DNA from: Promethearchaeota archaeon
GTDB taxonomy: Archaea > Asgardarchaeota > Lokiarchaeia > Sigyniarchaeales > SOKP01
Assembly (NCBI GenBank): GCA_048941285.1
Contig: JBHLNS010000005.1
Location: 1-64,000, forward strand
Length of the DNA: 64,000 nucleotides
Direction of reading: 5' to 3'
Shown here: positions 18,541-28,668 of the stretch, piece by piece
How positions within the stretch are numbered: position 1 is the first letter of the stretch
Layout: every line of letters starts with the position of its first letter
The notes under the pieces: generated by a model
The model's input: only the letters and a program-made list of their open reading frames with translations
The model's database searches: none
What the model was told of the DNA's origin: nothing
Translations under genes and position numbers: made by a program

Positions 18541-19551
18541 TCAATCCATATATTCTATTTTGGCTCCAATATTATTAGGTTTGCAAATATAGATATGTCC
18601 TCCTCCATTTTTTTGATTCTTTTGAACTTCTTTTAGTAACATTTCTGCCTCTATGTCTGATTCTACAATGCCAACTACGCTTGGTCCAAAAGATGACATT
18701 CCATAAGCTTTTAGTCCATACTCTTCAAAAAAATGTAGGAGATCTTTAACAATCTGATGTTGTAACTCAATCTCAATTTTTTTAAATCCAATATTCTGAA
18801 TTCTTTTTAAACCTTCACCAAAGCACTTTAAATCATTTTTTATGATACCAGGTAATATTTTCATAATTACTTGATGTGATACTTCATTTACTTCACTTCT
18901 AGGAATCGGTGCATAATTTTGAAATACACTGATCTCCTCGTCCCCAAAAGCACCTTTTTTCACATCAGGTATCACAAGCACAAATCTCCAATTTTCAGGT
19001 ATGTCATGTCTAGATATAGTTAAGGCAGGATTGGCTGAAATTGAGGCAGATGAGGGTAAAAAGGTTTCTTTTTCTTGACCTCTTCCGAAATCATGCCCTC
19101 CATCTAAAATAAATCCGCCAGTTTTAAAACCTTTCCATCCAATTCCAGAAGTTCCCCCTCTTTCAACTAATTTAGTTAGGTCTTCATGTGTTAAATGATC
19201 GACATTCTTTAATTTCGTTATAGCTGTAGATATAGCTAAAGATAATTGGGTTTTTGAGCCTAATCCTACATGTGAGGGAAAGTATCTTTTAAGATTGAAA
19301 TGAAAATTTTTATTACTAATATTAAATCTTTTAAATACTTTTGAAGCTATTTCATTAATAACTTCAATTGATTCTCTATAATATTTATGAGCCTCGATTT
19401 TAAATTCTTTAGCACTATTAGATGCTTCAAACACAACGTTTGGACGGTCTAACATAAGACCAATACCACCGTCAACTCTACCAGTATATCCATTCTCGTC
19501 TATTAAAGAAAGATGGATGCGACATGGAGTTGTTATTTTTAGAGAAGTCAT
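18541..19551 (-). CDS. mptG: Beta-ribofuranosylaminobenzene 5'-phosphate (RFAP) synthase, GHMP fold
   Basis: TPCRIHLSLID..G..GRVDGGIG, HVGLGSKTQ, RGGTSGIG, GGFILDGGH and GMSSFGP motifs. Confidence 0.92.
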   Translation of the reverse strand: MTSLKITTPCRIHLSLIDENGYTGRVDGGIGLMLDRPNVVFEASNSAKEFKIEAHKYYRESIEVINEIASKVFKRFNISNKNFHFNLKRYFPSHVGLGSKTQLSLAISTAITKLKNVDHLTHEDLTKLVERGGTSGIGWKGFKTGGFILDGGHDFGRGQEKETFLPSSASISANPALTISRHDIPENWRFVLVIPDVKKGAFGDEEISVFQNYAPIPRSEVNEVSHQVIMKILPGIIKNDLKCFGEGLKRIQNIGFKKIEIELQHQIVKDLLHFFEEYGLKAYGMSSFGPSVVGIVESDIEAEMLLKEVQKNQKNGGGHIYICKPNNIGAKIEYMD

Positions 19552-19657
19552 ATTTATCTTTTCTTTCTAGAGAACTCTAAACTATAAATAAGAATTTTCA
19601 AAATAATTTAAATGTATTATATACTTTTATTCTTAGCTTTTTATGACTTAAAAGGAT

Positions 19658-21061
19658 TTGAGTAATTTGAGCGATTTAGAAGGTTTAACTCGAAATTTAA
19701 TGAAAAAAGGATATTCTAAACAACAAATTCTTGAGAGATTAGTAAATGAATATAATGATTTTAAAAATATTGATAAGGATTTAGCTTATAAATATGCCGA
19801 AGCAATCTTATTAGAATGCCAAAAAAGTGATATTAGTTCAATTGAAAACCACTTTATCAAAAATTTATTAAATATAAATGAAGCGAATGTCACTGTAGGG
19901 AAACAAGGAGTAGGATGTCGAGGTGCAGGTGACTTTTTTGTTCATAAATTAATTGCTGAATTGTCTGAAACAGTTCAAAAACCATTTTTAGCTCCTAGTT
20001 CTTTAGATGATGCGGGTGCGATAAGAATATCTAGTATAAGGGGATTTAATGGAGAAAGATTTATTTGTGATGACTTAATAATTGCTACTAAAATGGAAGG
20101 AATACATTCCAGATTAAGTGATTTTCCTTTTATTTGTGGATTTCATGTTACTCGTGCCGCATTGAGAGATTTGTATGTTAAGGGCGCTAAACCAATTTCG
20201 ATTATGGTTGATATTCATCTAGGAGATGACGCAGATGTGGGAAAATTATTTGATTTTATGGCAGGAATATCAACAATCGCGGAACTTACAAAAGTCCCTA
20301 TTACCGCAGGTTCAACTTTAAGGATCGGTGGTGATATGGTTATAGGGAACAGACTTGTAGGAGGCGTCGCAGCAGTGGGTATTGCTACAGAAAAATTGTA
20401 TGCTAGAAGGAATATTAAACATGGAGATAAAATTCTGATGACTGAAGGAGCTGGAGGTGGAACAATTACCACCACTGCAATTTATTCTGGGAATCATGAA
20501 GTTGTAAATGAAACTATGAATATCAAATTCCTTAAAGCCTGTGAAATTATTTTAAACTCGGATTACAGGGATGAAATTAGAGCCATGTGTGATGTTACCA
20601 ATGGAGGTTTAAGAGGAGATTTATATGAAATTAATTATGAAGCAAATTGTGGAGTAAACATTTATGAGGAAAAAGTGAAAAATCTTGTAAACACTATAGT
20701 CATAAACATGTTAGAAAACGTAGGAGTGGATTATTTAGGAGTTTCTCTTGATTCTCTTCTAATATATTGTTCTGAATCTGCATCAAAAAAAATTCTTACT
20801 GATCTTATAAAAAATAATATTAAATGTGATGAAATTGGTTATGTAGATGATTCAAACCAAGTTTATATAACTTATAAAGATCAGGAGAAAAAAGAGGTTC
20901 TCCCAAAATTCAGGGAGTCTGCTTACACTAAGATAAAGCAAGAGATTGGAGAGGAGATTCCCGAAAACCTTCATATAATGGAAAAAGAAATCGAAGAAGC
21001 AGCTTCAGAAGCCTTAAAAAAGAGAAAACAGATAATTGAATATATTGAAAATCAAGAATAA
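19658..21061 (+). CDS. AIR synthase-related (PurM/HypE/SelD fold) protein
   Basis: DLEG, GVGCRGAGDFFVH, DDAG, HSRLSDFP, LRD..VKGA and DVTNGG.RGD motifs. Confidence 0.8.
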   Translation: MSNLSDLEGLTRNLMKKGYSKQQILERLVNEYNDFKNIDKDLAYKYAEAILLECQKSDISSIENHFIKNLLNINEANVTVGKQGVGCRGAGDFFVHKLIAELSETVQKPFLAPSSLDDAGAIRISSIRGFNGERFICDDLIIATKMEGIHSRLSDFPFICGFHVTRAALRDLYVKGAKPISIMVDIHLGDDADVGKLFDFMAGISTIAELTKVPITAGSTLRIGGDMVIGNRLVGGVAAVGIATEKLYARRNIKHGDKILMTEGAGGGTITTTAIYSGNHEVVNETMNIKFLKACEIILNSDYRDEIRAMCDVTNGGLRGDLYEINYEANCGVNIYEEKVKNLVNTIVINMLENVGVDYLGVSLDSLLIYCSESASKKILTDLIKNNIKCDEIGYVDDSNQVYITYKDQEKKEVLPKFRESAYTKIKQEIGEEIPENLHIMEKEIEEAASEALKKRKQIIEYIENQE

Positions 21062-21068
21062 TTGAAAA

Positions 21069-21899
21069 TTAATTTAAATTGAAATCTAAAGCTTCATTCA
21101 TTGAGCCAGATCTAAATCCTTCAAGATCAATTGTTATGTAAGTAAAACCAAGCTCTTTAAATCTTTTTTTAATTAAATTTAGATTATTAGTTGTCAAGAT
21201 TTTGGTTAAATCCTCAATCAAAAATTCAATCCGGGCTAGATTAGGTTCATGCAGTCTTACTCTTAATTGTTTTAAATTAAAAGAATTTTTAAGAAATTTT
21301 TCTGCGTCTCTTATCATTATTAATTTATCTTGACTTATTTTTTGACCATAAGGAATTCGAGATGAGAAACATGCCATCGAAGGCTTAGATTGAACATTTA
21401 AATTAAAATGTTTACTTATCTCTCTTATTTCTTTTTTGTTTATTTTATATTCAATATAAGGAGTTAAAATATTTAATTCTTTTAAAGCTTGCATCCCTGG
21501 TCTATAATCCGAAAGATCGTCCATGTTTGAGCCATCTAATATTAAATCAAAATTTTTTGAATTTCTTATAGCAAGAATATCAGTATATAATCCCATTTTG
21601 CAAATATAACATCTATTTGAAGGATTGCATTGGAAATCTGGATCTTGCAAGGGATCTCGTTCAATAATCATATGATTAATACCATATTTTTGAGCAAATT
21701 GGGAAGCTTCTTCAATTTCTTCTTCAGGATAAAGAATTGATGCTTCAGTTATAAGTAATGTATCTTTAGCGTATTTTTTAGAAAGAAATGCTAAAAGTGA
21801 ACTATCTACACCACCTGAAAAAGCTACTATAATCTTTTTATCTTTCAAAAAGGCTGTAAGAGCTTCTAATTTTGAATTTAGATCCTTAGACAATCCCAT
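21069..21899 (-). CDS. larE: LarE-like ATP-dependent sulfur transferase (PP-loop)
   Basis: AFSGGVDSS, RCYICK, DGSN.DD..DYRPG, ACFSSRIPYG and GFRSGSMN motifs. Confidence 0.88.
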   Translation of the reverse strand: MGLSKDLNSKLEALTAFLKDKKIIVAFSGGVDSSLLAFLSKKYAKDTLLITEASILYPEEEIEEASQFAQKYGINHMIIERDPLQDPDFQCNPSNRCYICKMGLYTDILAIRNSKNFDLILDGSNMDDLSDYRPGMQALKELNILTPYIEYKINKKEIREISKHFNLNVQSKPSMACFSSRIPYGQKISQDKLIMIRDAEKFLKNSFNLKQLRVRLHEPNLARIEFLIEDLTKILTTNNLNLIKKRFKELGFTYITIDLEGFRSGSMNEALDFNLN

Positions 21900-21989
21900 T
21901 TTTCTTCTATATATAAATTTAAGAATAATAATTTACACTTTTTTTAAAAAAAAGAAAAAAAAAAATATTTTGTTTATATTTCAAAAGAA

Positions 21990-23279
21990 TTAATAAAAAT
22001 CTGTTTTTAAATTTTGAAGCTTACTTGCTTTATAAAAGTTCCCTATCATAGAACCTAAAATAGCAATTATTATTCCAATTATTACCCAGAAATAAATAAT
22101 ATAAGCTAAATTATTTGTATCAAGGGGAATTATTGTGATAATATTTCCTGTAAAAAGCCCAATGGGAAATATCTCAGGATTATTTAAAAGAATTAAAAGG
22201 AGAGGAATACCTATTAATGAATAAAGCCCTTCAATCACCAGCATTATTTGTTGTCCAGTATAATTTCTTACTCCAATTGCTAATCGAATCAAGTAAATTA
22301 AGCCGCTAATTACTATAATCAATCCGAATAATTTTAACCAATCAAGGAATTCACTAACAAATAAACCGGGAATTCCTGCGAAAGGCTGGATAATTATAAA
22401 TAATCCAAATACAATTCCCGCAATAGCCCCAAATATCAATTCACCAACTGAAACTGGTTGCTTTTTTTTCATTTCTCTTTTCAATTTAGCTTCTTCTTTT
22501 CTTTCTTCTCTACGTTGTTTAGCTCTTTCTAACTTCTCTTCTCTTCTGATTCCAGCAACTAATTGTTTTTGCTCTCTTCTCAATTCTACTGCTTCTAATT
22601 TTTCTTTTGTAATTTCTTTTATCTCGCTTAATTTATCTTTCACGCGTAAACGTGCTTCTGCGATAGTTTCTTTTGCTTTTTGGCTTGCTTCCTCTAATTT
22701 TAATTGAGTATATTCCCTAGTTTCTTGTAATCCCATTTCTGATATATGAAAAGGGAAGATTATTGCTAATCGTGAAGGAATAACTCCAAAATCTTCGGGT
22801 AAGAAGCCCTGCATGGAAAAATAAACAAAAAGAATTGTAATCACAATAGCAGTTATTAAACACCCTATCCACATTCCTGTAAACATGCTCCCTAAAACTT
22901 GCCACCATGGTTGGAAGAAAAATTGAAATATTGATACAATAACGTTTATAGCAATGACAATTATAAAGAAAAAAAGCATGGTTCTTATATAAAAGTCAAA
23001 AAGCTCTTCAGTTATATATAGTTTTGGTGTCCCTCGAAGTTTGTATACCTTAGCAATACTTTCAGGAGTGCTCATTTGCATTAAAGCTTGCTGTATTTCT
23101 AGATCAGATGGCTCTTGAACTCCACCGATATTTTTTGCTTCACTTAGAATTTGAGACTCCAAATCTTTTAAAATTTTATCAACTTCTTCTTTTTTCAGTT
23201 TAAGCCATTCAGGAAGTTTTTTATATACTTGTGCGAGATAGTTATTAATAATTTCATTTTCAGAATAATTCATTTTCAA
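21990..23279 (-). CDS. HAAS-domain multi-pass membrane protein with a coiled-coil insert
   Basis: N-terminal YL..V.KKLP.WL..., RGTPKLYI, transmembrane segments and an E/K/R-rich insert. Paralog of 27592..28647. Confidence 0.7.
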   Translation of the reverse strand: MKMNYSENEIINNYLAQVYKKLPEWLKLKKEEVDKILKDLESQILSEAKNIGGVQEPSDLEIQQALMQMSTPESIAKVYKLRGTPKLYITEELFDFYIRTMLFFFIIVIAINVIVSIFQFFFQPWWQVLGSMFTGMWIGCLITAIVITILFVYFSMQGFLPEDFGVIPSRLAIIFPFHISEMGLQETREYTQLKLEEASQKAKETIAEARLRVKDKLSEIKEITKEKLEAVELRREQKQLVAGIRREEKLERAKQRREERKEEAKLKREMKKKQPVSVGELIFGAIAGIVFGLFIIIQPFAGIPGLFVSEFLDWLKLFGLIIVISGLIYLIRLAIGVRNYTGQQIMLVIEGLYSLIGIPLLLILLNNPEIFPIGLFTGNIITIIPLDTNNLAYIIYFWVIIGIIIAILGSMIGNFYKASKLQNLKTDFY

Positions 23280-23469
23280 TCCTTCATTTATTTGATTTGA
23301 ATGTAAATAATTTTTCTACAAATATAACTAGAAATAAATTTGAAATGGTATTAAAATTAATGGAGTCCATTTTTCAAAGAGGATAATGATATTAGAAAAT
23401 CATGATAAATGAATTTAAATCTTTATATTATTATTTATTAGAAGAAAATCTATGTTATAATCCAAATTT

Positions 23470-24249
23470 TTACCATTTAAAATCGGGATTGAAAAAGAGG
23501 AGCGTATTTAATTTTTGCAGTGTTATGAATACAATTACATAATACCATGCTAGTGAACTAAACATTAAGATCCATTCAAGAAACTGTCTTGTTAATGGTG
23601 CGGGACATAATAAAAATATTATTGAGGCAGTTGATGGACCAAATACCATAAAATAACCAACAATTTTAGGAAATATTCGTTTCCTTAAAATAATTGCCAA
23701 CCCTGTAAAAAAAGCACCAAATGCAAATCCACCAAATGCAGATGTTGAGAAATATAAATGCACGTCAAAAGGAGATCGATCTAAACTAAATACTCCTACG
23801 AAAAACATACCAATTACACCAATTAAAAGAAAAACTACACCGATATATCCAAAGATTCTTCTAAATAAGATAATGTAATGTTCTTTCTTTGAGTTATCTA
23901 ATTTATAGTTTTGATGGGCACTATATAATCGACTTAAATTTAAAATTAATGGAACTATAAAAATTGCGCTTAATATGCATGTTAAATCTAAAATAAAGGG
24001 AGCTGGAGTGTATAAAAGAGAGCCTAAATCACTTATCCAATTATACCAAAGATTATATCCTAGATCACCGAAATTTATCGCAATAATTATTCCTAAGATT
24101 AATCCTGGCAAAAAAGTGACCAAGCTTATATAAATAGATATCTTTACAACTTTAGGTTTTGTGAGACTATCAAATAGGTTTTTTCCATTTTTTTTCAATT
24201 TTATAAAAATTGGATTCATAAATTCCATATACGAATTTTTTTGGCCCAT
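23470..24249 (-). CDS. DUF998-like membrane protein
   Basis: YN...NWISDLG, GVF..D...H and EW motifs, about 6 transmembrane segments. Confidence 0.65.
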   Translation of the reverse strand: MGQKNSYMEFMNPIFIKLKKNGKNLFDSLTKPKVVKISIYISLVTFLPGLILGIIIAINFGDLGYNLWYNWISDLGSLLYTPAPFILDLTCILSAIFIVPLILNLSRLYSAHQNYKLDNSKKEHYIILFRRIFGYIGVVFLLIGVIGMFFVGVFSLDRSPFDVHLYFSTSAFGGFAFGAFFTGLAIILRKRIFPKIVGYFMVFGPSTASIIFLLCPAPLTRQFLEWILMFSSLAWYYVIVFITLQKLNTLLFFNPDFKW

Positions 24250-24464
24250 CTTATATTATCCTTATTATTATTTTATTAACGTTACACTAATATTAAATTT
24301 ATTCTTACCCGGGAACTGAATTCAATTTATTCTTAACCGTCTCCGTTAATAAATTTATAAATTATATCTTTTTATTTTTTTAGTTTTCGATTTATTGATT
24401 ATTTATATTTAAATATATAAAATATAACAAGTTTGAATAAATTAAATAGTCTAAAATTTGTTTT

Positions 24465-25970
24465 TTAGATAAAGAGCTTATTGTGTTTCAATTTAGCATC
24501 GTATTCAACTACAAAAGTTTCTCCTACGAGTTCTTTTTGTTCTAGTCTCAAAAATGTTTCTGAATCTGTTAAAATAAAAGCAAAAGCACGATCACCACTA
24601 TCTAGCAGTCCTATTACAACACCATACTCTGGTGTCCCCTTGCGATCGTAAATAATTGTGTAACCTTCTATTTTGAGATTTCCATTTGCAACTTCTACTG
24701 GTTTTGGTAATGAACGTTTATTAATTGACAGTTGGATCTTTTTGTATTTGTTTTCTTTCCACGGTTTAACAGGAGGTGATTTACCATAAATCCCAAATGA
24801 TTGTACTGTATTATACCCTCCATTCGCTAATACCATAATTTTCATCAAAGGATTTTTTTGAATAAGATTAACAGCAGAAACAATTGAATGCATTGAATAA
24901 CTACTGAATGGTCCTCCAAAAAAGGAAAGTCCTCCTGTTATTGTCAAATCCCGTGGATCATCCTCAGCTATACCAATTTCTCTCTTAGAAATTTCAACCA
25001 TACAAGGAAAGCAACTATATAGATCAAACGCATCAATATCTTCAAGTTTAAGACCTGCTTGGTCTAATACTAGTTTTGAGCCTTCTCTAATAGCAGGTGA
25101 TTCATATAACTTAGGACGTTGAGATAAATAAAAAATATTTTTTAGATCTACACCCCCCATTGGATAGACCCAAAATTTTTGATCAATACCTAACTTATCT
25201 GCGAGTTCTTCAGATGTAATAATTATTGAAGCTGCTTGATCTACATATAGGTTAGCAACCATACGTTTAGTATAAGGGTGGCAAATTTTACGGTTTTCAG
25301 GACCAATTGATGTTATTTCATCTGCTAAAAATAGATTTTTTTCCCAGGCATAAGGATTTTCAGATGCAATTCTCGAAAACACTTCGTATTGTTTACCAAT
25401 ATAATCCATATGTTGTTTCAAATTTCTACCTGATGCAGCTCTTAAAGCAGTCTCAATTAAAGCATATGTATAAGGGGGATTAGTTAGTTTATATTGGTTT
25501 TCAAATTGATTTAAATAAAAAATAATTGCTTTACGAGCTTCGTTTACCGCTCTTTGAGGTGGTTTTGGCCAATTGAGTGTTATTCGCCCTTTTTTCGCAC
25601 GATATTTAGAATATGATGCTTCACCTCCAGCAATGAGGACTGCTTTGCTTTCTCCTAATGAAATCGCTTTAACTGCCTTATTAATTAAAAACTGAGGCAT
25701 ATTACCACTTATTGGAGCAGAACATTTTTTAATTGGTTTGATATCAAGAAGGTTACTGAGTTGAGTTGGAGGGTCATCATAAATCCAACTTGAGATGGTT
25801 GACATAAATAAAGTGTCAATCATGTTTCGCAGATTTTTTACTCCACACATATTAAAAGCATTCTGACATACTTGGACAATTAGACTAAGTGGGTCAAGTG
25901 GGATATCAACATTTTTTTTTTGAGTTATTTGAGCTGCTCCAACAATAACAGGGATTTTTTTGTGAGGCAT
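24465..25970 (-). CDS. Thiolase-like protein (acetyl-CoA acetyltransferase family, TLP1 type)
   Basis: PVIVG..Q, SGNMPQ, GGEA, VDQAA, DLYSCFP, TGGLSFFGGP and ANGG motifs. Confidence 0.8.
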   Translation of the reverse strand: MPHKKIPVIVGAAQITQKKNVDIPLDPLSLIVQVCQNAFNMCGVKNLRNMIDTLFMSTISSWIYDDPPTQLSNLLDIKPIKKCSAPISGNMPQFLINKAVKAISLGESKAVLIAGGEASYSKYRAKKGRITLNWPKPPQRAVNEARKAIIFYLNQFENQYKLTNPPYTYALIETALRAASGRNLKQHMDYIGKQYEVFSRIASENPYAWEKNLFLADEITSIGPENRKICHPYTKRMVANLYVDQAASIIITSEELADKLGIDQKFWVYPMGGVDLKNIFYLSQRPKLYESPAIREGSKLVLDQAGLKLEDIDAFDLYSCFPCMVEISKREIGIAEDDPRDLTITGGLSFFGGPFSSYSMHSIVSAVNLIQKNPLMKIMVLANGGYNTVQSFGIYGKSPPVKPWKENKYKKIQLSINKRSLPKPVEVANGNLKIEGYTIIYDRKGTPEYGVVIGLLDSGDRAFAFILTDSETFLRLEQKELVGETFVVEYDAKLKHNKLFI

Positions 25971-26073
25971 TTCTATTTTTAATTACTAATTCTAAAAATT
26001 GGGGTTTTAATAAGTAAAAGTAGGGGAAATATATATTTTTTAAAAAAAGATTACTTTGAAGAGAATAGTAAAC

Positions 26074-26114
26074 TTTATATACTATGTGTAGTATAGTATT
26101 CATAGAATACTATA
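26074..26114 (+). promoter_or_regulatory. TATA box overlapped by two palindromic operators upstream of the CPBP-padR-HAAS operon
   Basis: TTTATATA at 26074. TATACTA-TGTG-TAGTATA at 26078-26095. TATAGTATTC-ATA-GAATACTATA at 26092-26114. Confidence 0.65.
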
Positions 26115-26139
26115 TTATAAAATATTGTAAAATAAAGAA

Positions 26140-27060
26140 ATGAAGGCTGTAAACTTGAAAAATAAAAAGAATGTATATTTGATGTTGAAATTCTTTTTAA
26201 TGTCGCTTGTTATTAGTTGGTCAATTTGGATACCAATGGCATTGAATCGAATAAATATCATAGAATTTGAAATACCAATCATCATAGGACAATCAATTGG
26301 AGCACTTGGACCATTAATTACATTATTTATACTTAATAAATTATCTCAGGGATCTATGGGTGTAAAAGATATATTTAATAGTATAAGATTGAAAGGAGAG
26401 AGATCAATTTGGTTAGTTCCAGCTGCAATTCTTCTTCCCATATTAACAATTACCGGAAATTTCATTGATTTTATTATGGGTAATGAAACAAATTTCAATA
26501 TTTTGAGATTTGAAAATATTGAATTATTTGGTTATGGTTTGATCGGATTAATTCCATTAGTTTTCTTTACTGGTTTACTTTCAAGCCCATTTTTTGAAGA
26601 ACCATGTTGGAGAGGATATGCATTAGGGGAATTACAAAAGAGATTAGGTAGAGAGATAGGTAGTCTATTGTTAGGAACTTACTGGTGGATATGGCATCAA
26701 CCTATTAATATTGCGAATGGTATAAATGTTTCTCTTTATTCTTATTTACTAATGTTAAGCTATTCTTTTATCATTGATTCGTTTTATAACTTATCAAATA
26801 GAAATTTGTTAAGTGCCATGCTAGCTCATAGTTCTCTAATAGTGATAAGTACTTTTTTTTATCAATCAAATAATCTCTATATTTTATTAACATTTCTTAT
26901 TGGTATATTTACATTGAGAATCGTCGAATCAAAAATCAAAAAAACTGCTTTGAAATTTAAAGAAGAGAAAAATAAACCTCAGCCTAAAAATTCTTTATCT
27001 CAACAATATAAAATAAGTATTGATCATATCAAAATAGAAAAAGGAGTGAAAAAAAAATGA
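26140..27060 (+). CDS. CPBP (CAAX/Abi) family intramembrane metalloprotease
   Basis: EEPCWRGY (EExxxR), WH.P and AH motifs, multiple transmembrane segments. Confidence 0.85.
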   Translation: MKAVNLKNKKNVYLMLKFFLMSLVISWSIWIPMALNRINIIEFEIPIIIGQSIGALGPLITLFILNKLSQGSMGVKDIFNSIRLKGERSIWLVPAAILLPILTITGNFIDFIMGNETNFNILRFENIELFGYGLIGLIPLVFFTGLLSSPFFEEPCWRGYALGELQKRLGREIGSLLLGTYWWIWHQPINIANGINVSLYSYLLMLSYSFIIDSFYNLSNRNLLSAMLAHSSLIVISTFFYQSNNLYILLTFLIGIFTLRIVESKIKKTALKFKEEKNKPQPKNSLSQQYKISIDHIKIEKGVKKK

Positions 27061-27599
27061 TAAAACGCGTTAGAGAATTGGATTCAAAGGCTTTAATAGC
27101 TTCAAAAAATTTCAGGGATTTTGTAGAAAAGCAAGAAACTGAGATTAACAGAGGTATAAGTTCACTGTGTATCTTATCAATAATTATTCAAGCAGGTGAG
27201 GAAGGTTCACATGGCTACCAAATTTTGAAAGATTTAGAGGCAAAAACAAATGATATGTTAATTATTGAAGAAGGTACACTTTACCCCATCTTAAGAAAAT
27301 TAGAAGATGATAACATAATAAAATCTAAAAGAGAGGAATCAGGTAGGAGAAGAAAATTCTACAGTGTTACGGAATATGGAAAGAAAATTTACAATCATCT
27401 AGCAGGTTTTTATAGCAAATTAACCGAAGCTATTGGCCCCTTATTCGATGTAAACGTTAACTTAAAAGCAGAAAAATATTTATTTTGTCCCATGTGTGCT
27501 AACAAAATTGAACTGACAAATATAGAACTACGATTTTGTGACGTATGCGGACATAATATAGAAAAAGAATTAAAAGAAAGAGGTTTGAAAGATGAGTGA
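27057..27599 (+). CDS. PadR family transcriptional regulator with a C-terminal zinc ribbon
   Basis: HGYQI, EEGTLYPIL.KLE and RRKFYSVT.YG motifs, then CPMC...CDVCG. Confidence 0.88.
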   Translation: MIKRVRELDSKALIASKNFRDFVEKQETEINRGISSLCILSIIIQAGEEGSHGYQILKDLEAKTNDMLIIEEGTLYPILRKLEDDNIIKSKREESGRRRKFYSVTEYGKKIYNHLAGFYSKLTEAIGPLFDVNVNLKAEKYLFCPMCANKIELTNIELRFCDVCGHNIEKELKERGLKDE

Positions 27600-28647
27600 G
27601 AAAGAAATGAATTTTTTAATAAAAGAGTATCTAAAAGAAGTCGAAAAGAAGTTACCTGAATGGTTAAAAGATAAGAAGGAACATAAAGAGGTTCTAGCTG
27701 AACTTGAGGATCATATTTGGAGCAAAGCTGAAGAACTTTCTGGAATGGGTCAACCCACAGTAGAAAGTGTTCAAATGGCTATTTCTCATATGGGAAAACC
27801 AGAAACCATTGCGAGGGAATATAAACGCCGTGGAACACCAAAATACTATATCACTCAGGAAATGTGGCCAAGTTATTTAAAAGTTCTAGGAGGAGTGTTT
27901 ACTCTAGTTATTACTATAGTTATTATAACACAAGTTTTGGAAGTTGTTTTTGGAAATGCCAATTTTGGTCAATTTATTGGAGGTATATTTCAAGGAGTAC
28001 AACTAGGATTTCTAATTTCATTTGTTATAATAACAGTAATTTTCGTTGCTTTATCAATGGAGGGTTATTTTCCTGAAGATTTTAAGTCAAAAAAGGAGCT
28101 TGAAAAGTATAGAGAACAACTTGAAATTGCTCGCGAACAAGGTATTCCTGATTCAGAGATAAAGAAAATGCCAACAAAACCATTTATAAAGCCTGTAGGA
28201 GAAATCATCGGTGGAATAATTGGTATTATTTTCGGAGTTTTCTTTATATCACAACCAATTCCCGCTATAACAAGCTTAATTGACCCAGAGTTTCTTTTGT
28301 ACTTACAATTCGCAGGGATGTTTATGTTAGTTGAAGGGATTTTAGATTTAAATCGAGGATTAATAGGAAATCGCCAAATGTTTGCTCAACAGATAATCCA
28401 TGGAATAACTATTGGTGTGAAACTCGCTTCAATTTCCGTTATAATCTTAATGATGAATCGACCGGAGATATTTCCAATTCTTGTCGTTAACCATCCTGGG
28501 GACGCTCTTGTAAATATAGGAATTGCACCAGAATTTTATGGACTTTTTAGAGCAATTGCAGGAGTATTAATAGCCTTAGTGGCTCTTAGTACGATTGAGG
28601 ATTTTTATAAAATCTATAAAGCTGAAAAATATAAAAAAAGGGCTTAA
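27592..28647 (+). CDS. HAAS-domain membrane protein (PadR partner)
   Basis: EYL.EV.KKLP, ELEDHI and MG.PE.IA.EY motifs, about 6 transmembrane segments. Overlaps padR. Confidence 0.75.
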   Translation: MSEKEMNFLIKEYLKEVEKKLPEWLKDKKEHKEVLAELEDHIWSKAEELSGMGQPTVESVQMAISHMGKPETIAREYKRRGTPKYYITQEMWPSYLKVLGGVFTLVITIVIITQVLEVVFGNANFGQFIGGIFQGVQLGFLISFVIITVIFVALSMEGYFPEDFKSKKELEKYREQLEIAREQGIPDSEIKKMPTKPFIKPVGEIIGGIIGIIFGVFFISQPIPAITSLIDPEFLLYLQFAGMFMLVEGILDLNRGLIGNRQMFAQQIIHGITIGVKLASISVIILMMNRPEIFPILVVNHPGDALVNIGIAPEFYGLFRAIAGVLIALVALSTIEDFYKIYKAEKYKKRA

Positions 28648-28668
28648 ATTTTTTTTTTTTTTAATTTT

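Noticed and set aside
19658-21899. A nickel-cofactor maturation unit (HypE-like + LarE, with cooC further away)
   Set aside because: The genes are convergent, larB/larC/hyp genes are absent from the window, and the AIR-synthase-like protein lacks the HypE C-terminal PRIC motif.
21939-21966. Long T/A homopolymer tracts (also near 28648, 43622 and 62286)
   Set aside because: These are ordinary archaeal poly-T terminators at gene ends, not repeats or mobile-element ends.
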